Shown here one piece after another: positions 20,115 to 34,160 of a stretch of DNA of 64,000 bases (positions are counted from its first letter, which is position 1; every line of letters begins with the position of its first letter). The notes under the pieces are model-generated. The model was not told the origin of the DNA and ran no database searches. It saw only the letters and a program-made list of their open reading frames with translations. The DNA is taken from positions 4,726-68,725 of the forward strand of contig NJEG01000015.1 of NCBI GenBank assembly GCA_002254565.1, given 5' to 3'. This DNA comes from Candidatus Altiarchaeales archaeon ex4484_2 (GTDB lineage: Archaea > Altiarchaeota > Altiarchaeia > IMC4 > QMZM01). The position numbers and the translations under genes were made by a program.

Positions 20115-20830
20115 ACCTTAAGACGATAATACAGGCGGCCATCCTCACCCTAGCAATATTCGTGAGCATATATTTCCTGAACACGATAATGGAAGGCAAG
20201 CGAGAGAAAACAATAACCAGCAGGATGGATGAAATAATATCCGACTTCGGGGAGATAGAGACCACCTACTACCTGATGGAATACATGCAAGAAAAAAGGG
20301 AATTAAGAAACAACACCTGCCAGGTGATGAGAAAAGAGCTTGAGTATCTGGAAGGCAAGCTCTGGAAGCTGGATATGAAAATCAGAGACTACCGGCAGGT
20401 TACGAAAGACTTCATGAACGACGAATTCTACATAAGAGAGAAGGCCCACCTAAACAGGCGCGAGATTATACACTTCACCATGCTGGAGAGGATGAAGGAA
20501 AAATGCAACTACAGGCACCTTATAATACTATACTTCTACGGCGAATGCGACGTGAACAAGCAATGCGACGACCAAGGTTTCGTATTGACTTACATAAACC
20601 AGCAGATAGACCCCGAAATCAGCATCTTCTCCTTCGACATGGATCTAGGGCTTTCTTCTGTTAACGCACTAGCTGAGATATACAACGTCACAGAACTCCC
20701 CTGCATAGTGGTTGAAGGAAAAGCATACTGCGGAATGCACAACAGGGCCGAGATAACGGACATACTCTGCAGACACGGTAACGTCTCCATCTGCAGCGGT
20801 GAGCAGATTATTAATGCTGAATCCACATAA
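20102..20830 (+). CDS. Membrane-anchored Cys-containing protein with coiled coil and thioredoxin-like C-terminus
   Basis: N-terminal TM; YFYGECDVNKQCDDQG; YNVTELPCIVV; start overlaps the upstream GT2 stop. Confidence 0.7.
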   Translation: MARVDLKTIIQAAILTLAIFVSIYFLNTIMEGKREKTITSRMDEIISDFGEIETTYYLMEYMQEKRELRNNTCQVMRKELEYLEGKLWKLDMKIRDYRQVTKDFMNDEFYIREKAHLNRREIIHFTMLERMKEKCNYRHLIILYFYGECDVNKQCDDQGFVLTYINQQIDPEISIFSFDMDLGLSSVNALAEIYNVTELPCIVVEGKAYCGMHNRAEITDILCRHGNVSICSGEQIINAEST

Positions 20831-20846
20831 TCAATTAAAGACGAAA

Positions 20847-21989
20847 ATGATTGAATTAATCCTATCTCTCTTTTTTATAGCGATGATATTACTATATACC
20901 TCATGGCTCATACTGGTGCTCATGCCTAGAAAAGAGATACGCGGTGAAACCACTTACCCTCATCTTTCGGTCATACTACCAGCACACAACGAATCCCACA
21001 TCATAAGGGAGACACTCAACGCCCTTTTCAGGACGGAATACCCCGGCAGCAGGGAGATTATTGTGGTAAACGACGGCTCCACAGACGGGACGCGGGAGAT
21101 ACTTAAAGAACTGGCCCTAAAGAATAAAAGCCTGAGATATACCAACACAAACCACTTAGGTAAGGCGAACGCCCTAAACGAAGGAGTTAAGAACGCTAAG
21201 GGAGAAATTATCGTCTCCCTGGATGCGGACTCGAAGGGGTGGAGGTATGCCCTCAACAGAGCTAATTCCACATACATCTTCCCTGGTTTTGCAGCATATC
21301 GGAGGGAAGCCCTTAAGGCTGTAGGCGGGTTCAAGGAAGACACCCTGGCTGAGGACTTCGACATAGGAGTCAGACTCAGAAAGAAAGGCTACAGGCTGGT
21401 GATGTCTAATGCTGTGATATACACCAAAATGCCTGAGACCCTGAGAGGCCTTATGAGACAGAGGATGAGGTGGGGCAGGGGGACGCTCCAAGTGATAAAG
21501 AAACACCCTGATGTTCCGTTCAACAAAAGTTATGGAGCAACTGGCATTTATGGCATACCCTCCCAGATGTACTGGTTCCTCCATAGTTTCGTGGTAATAC
21601 CCTTAACATTCTACCAGGTCTTCGAAGGCTACCTTAGATGGTTTGTAAACTACAACGATTATCTGTCCATGAACGTCGCTAAGTACATTTTCAACTGGTT
21701 CTCGGTTTATGGGATGATAGATTACACGCAGAAGACGCTTACAGGCCAGTACGAGTTCACCCACCTCTTCCTGTTGTCCCTAGTCGTATTCCTCCTAGGT
21801 TTACTGTACAGCATCGCAGTTATCTCCAGAGTATCGAGGATGCATTTAAGGTATCTTTTCGTGATATTCTTCTTTTTCCCGTATTCCGTGTTTACTCTGG
21901 CATCCTACAGCTTCCCCTTGATTATAGAGCTGTTCCCCCACCGAAGGGAATCCAGCGTCAGGGTGAATGTATGGGAGAAGAACAGATAA
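20847..21989 (+). CDS. Second GT2 glycosyltransferase, with an apparent in-frame internal deletion near 21232
   Basis: LPAHNE, VNDGSTD, GKANALN, DADS, AEDFD, QRMRW. The segment normally between DADS and the FPG motif is missing. Confidence 0.87.
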   Translation: MIELILSLFFIAMILLYTSWLILVLMPRKEIRGETTYPHLSVILPAHNESHIIRETLNALFRTEYPGSREIIVVNDGSTDGTREILKELALKNKSLRYTNTNHLGKANALNEGVKNAKGEIIVSLDADSKGWRYALNRANSTYIFPGFAAYRREALKAVGGFKEDTLAEDFDIGVRLRKKGYRLVMSNAVIYTKMPETLRGLMRQRMRWGRGTLQVIKKHPDVPFNKSYGATGIYGIPSQMYWFLHSFVVIPLTFYQVFEGYLRWFVNYNDYLSMNVAKYIFNWFSVYGMIDYTQKTLTGQYEFTHLFLLSLVVFLLGLLYSIAVISRVSRMHLRYLFVIFFFFPYSVFTLASYSFPLIIELFPHRRESSVRVNVWEKNR

Positions 21990-21990
21990 A

Positions 21991-22599
21991 ATGGAGACCA
22001 GCTATTTTTTTGAGGTGAAGAGACAACTGGTGCATTTAATAGTTGGAGTATGCATAACCTTCGGAGTCTATGTCTTAGAGCCGCTGGTAGGTAAAGTGAT
22101 TGTGCTGCCTTTGATGCTCTCGGTGGTGGTTATGCTCGTACTCCCTAGGATAGGGGGGGAACTGAAGGTACACAACCACCTGCTCGTCCACTTTGAAAGG
22201 CCCAAGGATATACGAAGTTTACCCTACAGGGGGGCGATATTCTATTGTCTGGGGATTACGCCAGCCATCCTCTTACTGGATATTAACACCGCCTGCGCAA
22301 TAATAGCCATATTAAGCATAGGGGACTCCACCTCCACAATAGTAGGTAGAAAATACGGGAGACACCGGATAGGGCATAAGAGCATTGAGGGATCCATTGC
22401 CTTCGTATTCTCCTCCTTCTTCGGCGCACTGTTTTTCCTGCCAGATGACCTGATTAAGGCGGCCGTGTTCGCACTACTGGGCGGCCTGACGGAATTATCC
22501 AACATCCGACACGACCACCTACTACTGGATGATAATCTCCTGGTGCCCATAGCGTTGACCCTGGTTGCATTACTAACCCGGATACCTCCATTTATGTAA
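21991..22599 (+). CDS. Dolichol/phytol (polyprenol) kinase family membrane protein
   Basis: RQLVH, GDSTSTIVGRKYG, KSIEGS, DDNLLVP. Confidence 0.88.
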   Translation: METSYFFEVKRQLVHLIVGVCITFGVYVLEPLVGKVIVLPLMLSVVVMLVLPRIGGELKVHNHLLVHFERPKDIRSLPYRGAIFYCLGITPAILLLDINTACAIIAILSIGDSTSTIVGRKYGRHRIGHKSIEGSIAFVFSSFFGALFFLPDDLIKAAVFALLGGLTELSNIRHDHLLLDDNLLVPIALTLVALLTRIPPFM

Positions 22600-22629
22600 A
22601 CCTAATACAAAATATTTTAATCGGGTTCA

Positions 22630-22704
22630 GGGCCCGTAGCCTAGTCTGGATAGGGCACCGGACTTCTAATCCGGAGATCGTGGGTTCGAATCCCGCCGGG
22701 TCCG
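22630..22704 (+). tRNA. tRNA-Arg(UCU)
   Basis: GGGCCCG/CGGGTCC acceptor stem; CCGGA-CTTCTAA-TCCGG anticodon arm; GGTTCGAATCC T-arm. Confidence 0.96.
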
Positions 22705-22861
22705 CTCCGCCCTTTCTTTTGTAAAAGAAAGGGTAGGTTACCCAAAGAAAACAATTACTTTGGGAAAAAAGTAAGGATCGGATGGGTTGCCTTTCCTGGT
22801 CAGGAGACTGGGTATAAGGGTGGGGAAAGCACCCTTACCTAGCAATCCCATCGGGTCCGCT
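22705..22861 (+). other. tRNA-Arg-associated structured element ending in a degenerate copy of the tRNA 3' end
   Basis: Several hairpins; 22844-22861 matches tRNA 22689-22706 at 16/18; shares two motifs with the element at 63199-63332. Confidence 0.7.
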
Positions 22862-22934
22862 ATCAAGCCCTTATCCCACCAGGGGGACTTAGAAAAGGCT
22901 TGATCCAAAAAAAAGAAAAAATAGGTGGTTTAGC

Positions 22935-24089
22935 ATGTTGGATAGGAGAGTTGTGTTCGATAACCTGAGAAGATATGATTTAGGTAAAGTCAAGGTTGGT
23001 GTGTTAGCCTCTCACTCGGCCCTGGATGTGGCTGATGGGGCAATAGAGGAAGGATTCAGGACTAAACTCTACTGCCAAAAAGGCAGAGAGAAAACATACA
23101 CGGACTACTTTAAATCCAGAAGAGTGAACGGGAAAGTGGTTAGGGGTGTGGTGGATGAATACAGGGTCTACGACAGATTCAAGGAGATAATGGAGGAAAA
23201 AGAGCAGGAGAATATGCTGGGAGAGAATATCCTGTTCGTGCCAAACCGGTCCTTCACATCATATGTAGACCTCACCAGGATAGAGGATGAATTCAGGATT
23301 CCAATGGTGGGCAGCAGGAACCTTCTCAGGAGCGAGGAGAGAGGTGAGGAAAAAGATTACTACTGGCTGCTGGAGAAAGCAGACCTCCCATACCCCAAAA
23401 GAATAGACGACCCGGTAGATATAGACGAGCTGGTGGTGGTGAAAATGCACCACGCGAAGAAGAAACTAGAGCGGGGATTTTTCACAGCCGCAAGCTATGA
23501 GGAATACAAGGAGAAATCAGGTAAGCTGCTGGATCAGGGTGTCATAACAGATGAACTACTAAAGAACGCGAGAATAGAGGAATACATCATCGGGCCAGTT
23601 TTCAACTTCGACTTCTTTTACTCGCCCATAGAGCAGGAGATGAACCCAATAGAGCTTTTGGGGGTGGACTGGCGCTTTGAGACCTCGCTGGACGGCCACG
23701 TCAGATTGCCTGCAACACAACAGTTAACCTTGAATGATAAGCAAAAAGTGCCAGAGTATACGGTATGCGGGCACAACACCGCAACAGTGAGGGAGAGCCT
23801 GCTGGAGAAGGGCTTCCAGCTTGCTGAGAAATACGTTAAGGCCACAAAGGAGTACTATAAGCCAGGGATTATCGGACCGTTCTGCCTTCAGACCTGTGTT
23901 GATAAAGACAATAACTTTTTCATATATGACGTAGCCCCACGGGTGGGGGGAGGTACAAACGTCCACATGTCAGTGGGTCATCCATACAGTAACACACTAT
24001 GGAGGACTAATGTTTCAACAGGCAGGAGGCTGGCTATGGAAATAAAGAGGGCTATAAAGGAGGATAGGGTGGAGGAGATAGTCACCTGA
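22935..24089 (+). CDS. PurP-family ATP-grasp protein (PurP-like paralog)
   Basis: ASHSALD, VPNRSF, IEEYIIG, IGPFCLQ, DVAPRVGGGTN. Confidence 0.88.
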   Translation: MLDRRVVFDNLRRYDLGKVKVGVLASHSALDVADGAIEEGFRTKLYCQKGREKTYTDYFKSRRVNGKVVRGVVDEYRVYDRFKEIMEEKEQENMLGENILFVPNRSFTSYVDLTRIEDEFRIPMVGSRNLLRSEERGEEKDYYWLLEKADLPYPKRIDDPVDIDELVVVKMHHAKKKLERGFFTAASYEEYKEKSGKLLDQGVITDELLKNARIEEYIIGPVFNFDFFYSPIEQEMNPIELLGVDWRFETSLDGHVRLPATQQLTLNDKQKVPEYTVCGHNTATVRESLLEKGFQLAEKYVKATKEYYKPGIIGPFCLQTCVDKDNNFFIYDVAPRVGGGTNVHMSVGHPYSNTLWRTNVSTGRRLAMEIKRAIKEDRVEEIVT

Positions 24090-24096
24090 GCAAGAA

Positions 24097-25170
24097 ATGG
24101 TTACCATAGGGGATATAGGTGAGGTCCTGGAGGGGTATGATCCAGATAATATAGAGATATGTACCTTGGGCAGTCATACCGCGTTGCAGATTACGAAGGG
24201 GGCAAGAGATGAAGGCTTCCGCAACCTACTGATATGCACCGAGAAATCAGCTAGATTCTATAGGCGTTGGCCTGTGGTGGATGACATAATAATAGTAGAC
24301 CACTACAGGGACATCCTAGACCAGGAAATGCAGGATATGCTACTTGCGAGGAATGCCGTTCTAATACCACACGGCTCATTTATAGAGTATGTTGGCGCAA
24401 AAAACATCATAGAAAAGCTGAAGGTTCCCATGTTAGGTAACAGAATGGTTCTTGAGTGGGAGTCCAACAGGAAGAAAGAAAAGAAGTGGTTAAAGAAATC
24501 AGCTTTGAAAATCCCGGGAGAATTCAAATCCCCGAAAGACATAGACAAACTGGTTATCATAAAATTCCCTGGAGCGAAAGGTGGGGAAGGATATTTCCTG
24601 GCTAAAGACGAGGAGGAATTCCATAGAAAGCTGGAAAAGATAAACCTGCCTGAGGATGTGAAAAAGGAATACACCATCCAGGAGTACGTTATAGGCACCA
24701 GGTTTTATCCACACTTTTTTTACTCTCCACTGGATGATGAGGTAGAGCTTTTGGGGATGGACATCAGGTACGAGTCCAACATAGACGGTCTTGCGAGGCT
24801 GCCTAATGTCATCCAGAAAGAGGTTGATGTTGAGCCATTGTATGTTGTCACAGGGAATCTGCCGGTTATACTGCGGGAGTCACTCCTGCCTGATCTGATG
24901 AAATTGGGCCGGAACCTTGTGGAATCATCCAAGAAGCTTTTTAAACCCGGGCTCATAGGGCCCTTTTGCGTGGAGATGATATGCACTCCAGAGCTGGAGT
25001 TCGTATGTTTCGAGATATCAGCGAGGATTGTTGCAGGAACCAACCTGTTCATACACGGATCAACCTACTCCAAGATACTTTATGATGAACCGATGAGCTG
25101 TGGCAGAAGAATCTGTAGGGAAATCAAAACAGCAGGGGAAAGAAATAAATTAGATAAAGTAGTATATTAG
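24097..25170 (+). CDS. purP: FAICAR synthetase (formate-AICAR ligase)
   Basis: GSHTALQI, IPHGSFIEY, GAKGGEGYF, YESNIDG, FEISARIVAGTN. Confidence 0.92.
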   Translation: MVTIGDIGEVLEGYDPDNIEICTLGSHTALQITKGARDEGFRNLLICTEKSARFYRRWPVVDDIIIVDHYRDILDQEMQDMLLARNAVLIPHGSFIEYVGAKNIIEKLKVPMLGNRMVLEWESNRKKEKKWLKKSALKIPGEFKSPKDIDKLVIIKFPGAKGGEGYFLAKDEEEFHRKLEKINLPEDVKKEYTIQEYVIGTRFYPHFFYSPLDDEVELLGMDIRYESNIDGLARLPNVIQKEVDVEPLYVVTGNLPVILRESLLPDLMKLGRNLVESSKKLFKPGLIGPFCVEMICTPELEFVCFEISARIVAGTNLFIHGSTYSKILYDEPMSCGRRICREIKTAGERNKLDKVVY

Positions 25171-25175
25171 ATAAT

Positions 25176-25418
25176 ATGGCATCATCAAAGGATCGGGTTG
25201 CTATCCGGCTGGATGTTATAGCAGACATAATAAAACACCTGGATGAGGATGAGGAACTGCAGGAAATATTTGGGAGACCGGTCTCTAAGTCTCTGATTAT
25301 AGTAGCAGACAACAATGATCTAAGAATAGAGGAAGGTGGTGGGAAAGAGCTGAGTGAGAAGGAGAGTGAGAAGTTTCTTGAAGTCCTCAATAAAGCCGTT
25401 AAGAGATATACCACATAA
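25176..25418 (+). CDS. Small acidic hypothetical protein co-transcribed with purP
   Basis: Tight spacing after purP; protein-like composition. Confidence 0.7.
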   Translation: MASSKDRVAIRLDVIADIIKHLDEDEELQEIFGRPVSKSLIIVADNNDLRIEEGGGKELSEKESEKFLEVLNKAVKRYTT

Positions 25419-25430
25419 ACTGTTTACAGA

Positions 25431-25706
25431 ATGAAGGAGACTAGAGAAGGTATTCTTGTCGATGTGAAGGTTATACCAAATGCTACCAAAGAGGGTTTGT
25501 TCTATGACCCTGCCAAGAACTTATTAAAGATTAAGGTTTCCAAACCCCCCATAAAGGGCAAAGCCAACAAGAGAGTTATCGAGTTGGTTACTAAAGCACT
25601 AGGGGAATGCGAGATAATATCGGGGGGTAAAAGAAGGGAAAAAACCCTTTTATTAAAGAACACAACACCCGAAGAGTTCAGGGAAAAAATAGATTTCATT
25701 ATTTAA
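25431..25706 (+). CDS. DUF167 / UPF0235 (YggU-like) protein
   Basis: VKVIPNA, PPIKGKAN, IISG...REK. Confidence 0.88.
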   Translation: MKETREGILVDVKVIPNATKEGLFYDPAKNLLKIKVSKPPIKGKANKRVIELVTKALGECEIISGGKRREKTLLLKNTTPEEFREKIDFII

Positions 25707-25741
25707 TAAGAAAATCTATATATCTATAGTTAGAAGGGATT

Positions 25742-25884
25742 ATAGATTATATCACACTTACCAGTCAAGAACAAACATACTCCAAATGTATTCACGAAAT
25801 AACCAATGAATGCATAAGCAGGGGGCTTTACAGCACCCATATTTTCTGGAGTAAACCATGTCTTGAGCAGTGGATGTAATCTGT
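25742..25884 (+). ncRNA. Candidate structured RNA (leader or sRNA) upstream of dnaG
   Basis: Four nested stems and two terminal hairpins with G-U pairs on the + strand; TATA-like sequence upstream; T-runs downstream. Confidence 0.6.
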
Positions 25885-25915
25885 TTTTCAGTATTTTTTT
25901 GATGAGGTGATTTAA

Positions 25916-27052
25916 ATGGCAAAAGCACCAGTGGATACTATCAAATACAACATCTATGCAAATATTATAATAGACGGTGTGGTTGAGAAACCAGACGTTG
26001 TGGGAGCGATATTCGGACAGTCCGAGGGACTTTTAGGAGAGGATTTGGAGCTGAGAGAGCTGCAGAAGACGGGAAGAATAGGTAGAATCGAGGTTGACAT
26101 AGAAACCAAATCCGGGAAATCAAAGGGCGAAATCATCATACCCTCCGGCCTGGGTATGGTAAAGACAGCTATTGTAGGAGCAGCTATAGAAAATGTGAAC
26201 CGGGTCGGACCCTGCAACGCCAATATAAAGATAAAAAACATAGAGGATGCCAGAAGCGTTAAGAGAAAGAAGGTCGTGGATAGGGCTAAAAACCTCCTAA
26301 AAAAAATCATGGACGAAAGTGTTCCTGACACAGAAAAGATTACGGAAGAGGTTAGAAAATCCGTCCAGCTGGCGGGCATAACAGAATACGAGGGTCTACC
26401 AGCAGGTCCGGGAGTGGATGAAGCAGATAGTGTGATTCTAGTGGAAGGCAGAGCTGATGTCCTCAACCTCCTAAGGTTTGGGATCAAGAACGCTGTCGCC
26501 GTGGGAGGCACAAACATACCCCCTGCTGTTGTTAAACTCGCCAAAGAAAAAACCACCATAGCCTTCGCGGACGGGGACAGAGGAGGGGGAATGATACTTA
26601 AGGAACTCTTTCAGGTAGCGGACGTGGACTTCATCGCTGAAGCTCCTAAAGGCAAGGAAGTAGAGGAACTGGGTAAGAAGGAGGTTATAATGGCTTTAAG
26701 GAGGAAGGTCCCGATTAGCCAGATGAACAATAAAAAAGGGGAAACTTATGAAAAAAAGAGAGCTGAAGACAGGGACAGGAGAAATGAATTAATGGATTTC
26801 CTCAAGGAGGTGAAGGGAAAACTCAGTGCCAGACTCTACGACAAAGACCTGGAGCTTATCACAGAGATGGAGATAAAAGACCTTATTGATTCACTGGCTG
26901 ATGTACAACCCTATGCAGTAGTATTCGATGGTATAGTAACACAGAGATTGGTGGATGTGGCAGAGGATACTGGAGTGAAATACCTGGTAGGCGTTAACCG
27001 TTCATCCATATCCAACATCAAGAAAGCCAGAATCCTGACAGAGAAGAAATAA
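25916..27052 (+). CDS. dnaG: Archaeal DnaG (TOPRIM domain; exosome-associated)
   Basis: VVGAIFGQSEGLLG, ELQKTGRIGRI, VEGRADVLNL, DGDRGG; GAGGTGA RBS. Confidence 0.96.
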   Translation: MAKAPVDTIKYNIYANIIIDGVVEKPDVVGAIFGQSEGLLGEDLELRELQKTGRIGRIEVDIETKSGKSKGEIIIPSGLGMVKTAIVGAAIENVNRVGPCNANIKIKNIEDARSVKRKKVVDRAKNLLKKIMDESVPDTEKITEEVRKSVQLAGITEYEGLPAGPGVDEADSVILVEGRADVLNLLRFGIKNAVAVGGTNIPPAVVKLAKEKTTIAFADGDRGGGMILKELFQVADVDFIAEAPKGKEVEELGKKEVIMALRRKVPISQMNNKKGETYEKKRAEDRDRRNELMDFLKEVKGKLSARLYDKDLELITEMEIKDLIDSLADVQPYAVVFDGIVTQRLVDVAEDTGVKYLVGVNRSSISNIKKARILTEKK

Positions 27053-27161
27053 TTCTTCTCCTATCTTATTTTTATGGGGTGAATAGGAATATTTTTAGTT
27101 AAGGGTATTTATAAAGAGAAAATACTAGGTTTTAATTCACACTTTTTCTAGAGGCGATAAA

Positions 27162-27383
27162 TTGGATAATGAGTTAGTCCCAAAACATGAGATATTAGAT
27201 GAGAAGGAAGTTGAGAAGTTGCTTCAGTTGTACAATGTAACACCCCGACAACTGCCAAAGATAAAGGAAGGCGATCCAGGAATCATGGGATTGGATGCGA
27301 AAATTGGGGATATAATCAAGATAACCAGGAATGAACTAGTAGTAGGTAGAAACATTTACTACCGCGTTGTTGTGAGAGATTAA
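27162..27383 (+). CDS. rpoH: RNA polymerase subunit H (Rpo5)
   Basis: LVPKHEIL, QLPKI..DP, YYRVV; first gene of the rpo operon. Confidence 0.95.
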   Translation: MDNELVPKHEILDEKEVEKLLQLYNVTPRQLPKIKEGDPGIMGLDAKIGDIIKITRNELVVGRNIYYRVVVRD

Positions 27384-30300
27384 GATCGTGTAAATAGAAA
27401 AAAAAAAATCGAGCTGGATATTGAAGACTACACCCTGGAACTTGGTAAAATAAGAATCAAGAAACCTGTTGTCAACGAGGCCGGCCAGGGACCGGAGACA
27501 AGGCTTCCATGGGAATGCCATGTTAGAAACCTGACCTATTCAGCCCCCATAATTCTGGAATTCATCGAAAAAGGCACCCCCGTCGAGGTGGAAATCGGTC
27601 ATCTGCCGATAATGCTACGCTCCAAGGCATGTTTACTGGCCGATATGAGCGACGAAGAGCTTATTAAGGCAGGGGAAGACCCCCTTGATTTAGGTGGATA
27701 CTTCATCATCAACGGAACAGAGAGGTCCCTGATTATTGTAGAGGATTTAGCTCCCAACAGGATAGTAACCACCAGAGAGGTGGTTTCAGGCAAAGATTGT
27801 ATAATCGGAAAGGTCTTCTCCCTAAGACAGGGATTCAGATCAAGGATTACTGTGGAGAAGTGGCCTGGGAAGAAAAACGGCACCCTCTTTGCCACACTCC
27901 CTGGAATACCCAAGAGGTTACCCCTGACTGTCCTGATGAAAGCCCTTGGGTTAACCAATGAAGAGATACTTGATATGTTCCACAAGGAAGACCAGCTTGA
28001 AATACTGCTCAACCTGGAACTCAATGATATGACAGAAGAGGAAGCCTTCGAATACTTCGGCAAGAGAGCTGGAGCTGGACACGCTAAACAATACCAGCCG
28101 ACGAGGGCTATGCAGGTAATCAACAACTTCCTCCTGCCACATATAGGAAACGACGGGGAAGACTGGAGAACCAAGGCCATATACCTTGGAATAATGGCCA
28201 GGAAAGTGCTTGAACTGGCTTCTGATAAAAGAGAGTCAGACGACAAAGACCACTACTCAAACAAGAGATTACGGCTTGCCGGGGATCTGATGCAAGAACT
28301 TTTCAGAGTAAGCTTTAACAAGATAGCCAGGGACATTAAATACCAGCTGGAGAAACAGAACGCCAGAAACAGGGTGGTTAACGTAAAAACCGCCGTGAGG
28401 AGCTATAATCTAACTGAAAGCATATGTTATGCACTGGCTACCGGAAACTGGACTGGAGGCAGGAACGGTGTAAGCCAGGTCCTGAATAGAACAAACTATC
28501 TCTCGTCGATAGCGCACAAGAGAAGAGTATCCTCCCTTTTAAGCAGGAGCCACCCCCATTTCGAGGCCAGAGACCTGCATGCTACCCAGTGGGGGCGGCT
28601 TTGTCCAAACGAGACCCCTGAGGGGCAAAACTGTGGATTAGTGAAGAATCTGGCTATATGCGCTCACATAACAACAGGTATAAAAGAGGAAAGTATAGAG
28701 AAATACCTCCAGGAGTTTGGAATCCAGAAGGGCATTGCTAAAGCCGAAACATATGTGAACCTCAACGGCAGGTTGCTTGGAGGACACTCCAACCCCAAGA
28801 AACTGGTGGAGAAACTGAGAAACCTCAGGAGAGAGGGAAAGATTCCAGCTACCGTATCCCTCACGTACAGGAAAGAGAACTCGGAGATACAGGTCTACAC
28901 CGACAGGGGCAGAGTTCTCAGACCCCTGATTGTGGTGGAAGACGGTAAATCCAAACTGACAGACGAACACATTAAGGGGTTGGAGGAAGGAAAAATAAAA
29001 TTCAAGGATCTGTTGAAGGAAGGCGTGGTTGAATACGTTGACGCGGAAGAAGAGGAAAACGCCTACATAGCCATGGACGAGAAAAGCCTGACTAAAGATC
29101 ACACACACAGGGAGATAAGCCCTTCCATAATCTTGGGTGTTCCTTCAAGCTTTGCACCATATCCAGAGCACAACTCATCCCCTAGGGTTACTATGGCAGC
29201 CTCCATGGCCAAACAGAGCCTGGGGTTGTATTCAGCTAACTACCACATGAGATTCGACAGCAGAGGGAATGTCCTCAACTACCCGCAGGTTCCGTTGGTG
29301 AAGACGGATATAACAGACAGCATCAAATTCGAGAAAAGACCTGCCGGGCAGAATTTAGTCGTGGCAGTGATGAGTTTTGAAGGCTACAACATGGAGGACG
29401 CAATAATCATCAACAAGAGCTCTATAGACAGGGGTCTTGGAAGATCAACATTCTATAGGACATACATGGCCGAAGAAAGGGGTTACCCAAGCGGTCAATA
29501 CGATAAATTCGAGATACCTGATGAAAAGGTAGAAGGCTACCAGTCAGATGAGACATACCTCAAACTAGGTGAGGAGGGACTGATACTTCCAGAGACTGAT
29601 GTGAAGGCAGATGATGTTTTGATAGGTAAGACCTCACCTCCAAGGTTCCTGGAGGAGATTGGACCATACGGTATAATCGAGGAAAAGAGGAGGGAGAACT
29701 CCACGACAGTGAGGCATATGGAAGCTGGCACAGTTGACCAGGTTGTCTTGACCGAGACTATAGAGAAAAACAAGCTGGTGAAGGTAAGAGTTAGAAGCCA
29801 GAGGATTCCGGAACTGGGGGACAAACTCGCTTCAAGGCACGGGCAGAAGGGTGTTATCGGCCTATTGGTCCCTCACGAGGACATGCCATTCACCAGAGAC
29901 GGGGTTGTGCCTGATCTAATAATAAATCCTCACGCTATACCATCCAGAATGACAGTGGGTCACGTTCTGGAGATGATTGGGGGTAAAGTATCTTCACTTA
30001 ACGGCAGATATACTAACGGTACCGCGTTCAACAATGATGGAGAGGAATACCTTAGAAACGAGCTTAATTCCTTTGGCTTCATGGACAACGGAAAGGAAGT
30101 GTTATATGACGGGTCGACAGGTGAAAGATACCGGGCAGAGATTTTTGTGGGCGTAATTTACTATCAGAAGCTCCATCACCAGGTAGCTAACAAGATACAT
30201 GCAAGAAGTAGGGGACCTGTGCAGATGCTTACCAGACAGCCCACTGAGGGAAGAGCCAGAGAGGGTGGATTAAGGTTTGGTGAAATGGAGAGAGACTGCC

Positions 30301-30551
30301 TTATAGGCCACGGTGCCGCCATGTTGCTGAAGGACAGGCTTCTTGATGAATCAGACAAGGTGGTGGTGCATGTATGCTCTAAGTGCGGGCTGATAGCTAT
30401 AAGAGATGTTGAGAGGAAGCAGATATACTGTCCGATATGCGGCGAGGTCACAACGCATCCCATAGAGATAGCCTATGCCTTCCAGCTTTTGCTTAATGAA
30501 TTGATTGGTATGTGCATTTATCCAAAACTTATCTTAGGTGATAGAGTCTAA
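27384..30551 (+). CDS. rpoB: RNA polymerase subunit B (unsplit Rpo2); the N-terminal codons including the start are missing at a junction near 27385
   Basis: Frame is open from 27384 ([45 protein letters not shown]-terminal Zn ribbon) but has no start codon or conserved N-terminal helix. Confidence 0.93.
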   Translation, partial: DRVNRKKKIELDIEDYTLELGKIRIKKPVVNEAGQGPETRLPWECHVRNLTYSAPIILEFIEKGTPVEVEIGHLPIMLRSKACLLADMSDEELIKAGEDPLDLGGYFIINGTERSLIIVEDLAPNRIVTTREVVSGKDCIIGKVFSLRQGFRSRITVEKWPGKKNGTLFATLPGIPKRLPLTVLMKALGLTNEEILDMFHKEDQLEILLNLELNDMTEEEAFEYFGKRAGAGHAKQYQPTRAMQVINNFLLPHIGNDGEDWRTKAIYLGIMARKVLELASDKRESDDKDHYSNKRLRLAGDLMQELFRVSFNKIARDIKYQLEKQNARNRVVNVKTAVRSYNLTESICYALATGNWTGGRNGVSQVLNRTNYLSSIAHKRRVSSLLSRSHPHFEARDLHATQWGRLCPNETPEGQNCGLVKNLAICAHITTGIKEESIEKYLQEFGIQKGIAKAETYVNLNGRLLGGHSNPKKLVEKLRNLRREGKIPATVSLTYRKENSEIQVYTDRGRVLRPLIVVEDGKSKLTDEHIKGLEEGKIKFKDLLKEGVVEYVDAEEEENAYIAMDEKSLTKDHTHREISPSIILGVPSSFAPYPEHNSSPRVTMAASMAKQSLGLYSANYHMRFDSRGNVLNYPQVPLVKTDITDSIKFEKRPAGQNLVVAVMSFEGYNMEDAIIINKSSIDRGLGRSTFYRTYMAEERGYPSGQYDKFEIPDEKVEGYQSDETYLKLGEEGLILPETDVKADDVLIGKTSPPRFLEEIGPYGIIEEKRRENSTTVRHMEAGTVDQVVLTETIEKNKLVKVRVRSQRIPELGDKLASRHGQKGVIGLLVPHEDMPFTRDGVVPDLIINPHAIPSRMTVGHVLEMIGGKVSSLNGRYTNGTAFNNDGEEYLRNELNSFGFMDNGKEVLYDGSTGERYRAEIFVGVIYYQKLHHQVANKIHARSRGPVQMLTRQPTEGRAREGGLRFGEMERDCLIGHGAAMLLKDRLLDESDKVVVHVCSKCGLIAIRDVERKQIYCPICGEVTTHPIEIAYAFQLLLNELIGMCIYPKLILGDRV

Positions 30552-30552
30552 A

Positions 30553-34159
<3,607 letters not shown>

Positions 34160-34160
<1 letters not shown>

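Noticed and set aside
22935..25170. Tandem purP paralogs as a novelty
   Set aside because: Paired PurP and PurP-like genes are already known in several archaeal groups.
27162..30551. RpoH-RpoB fusion by stop-codon readthrough (same frame, single TAA at 27381)
   Set aside because: The conserved RpoB N-terminal segment is missing entirely, which fits a deletion or gap like the other junctions.
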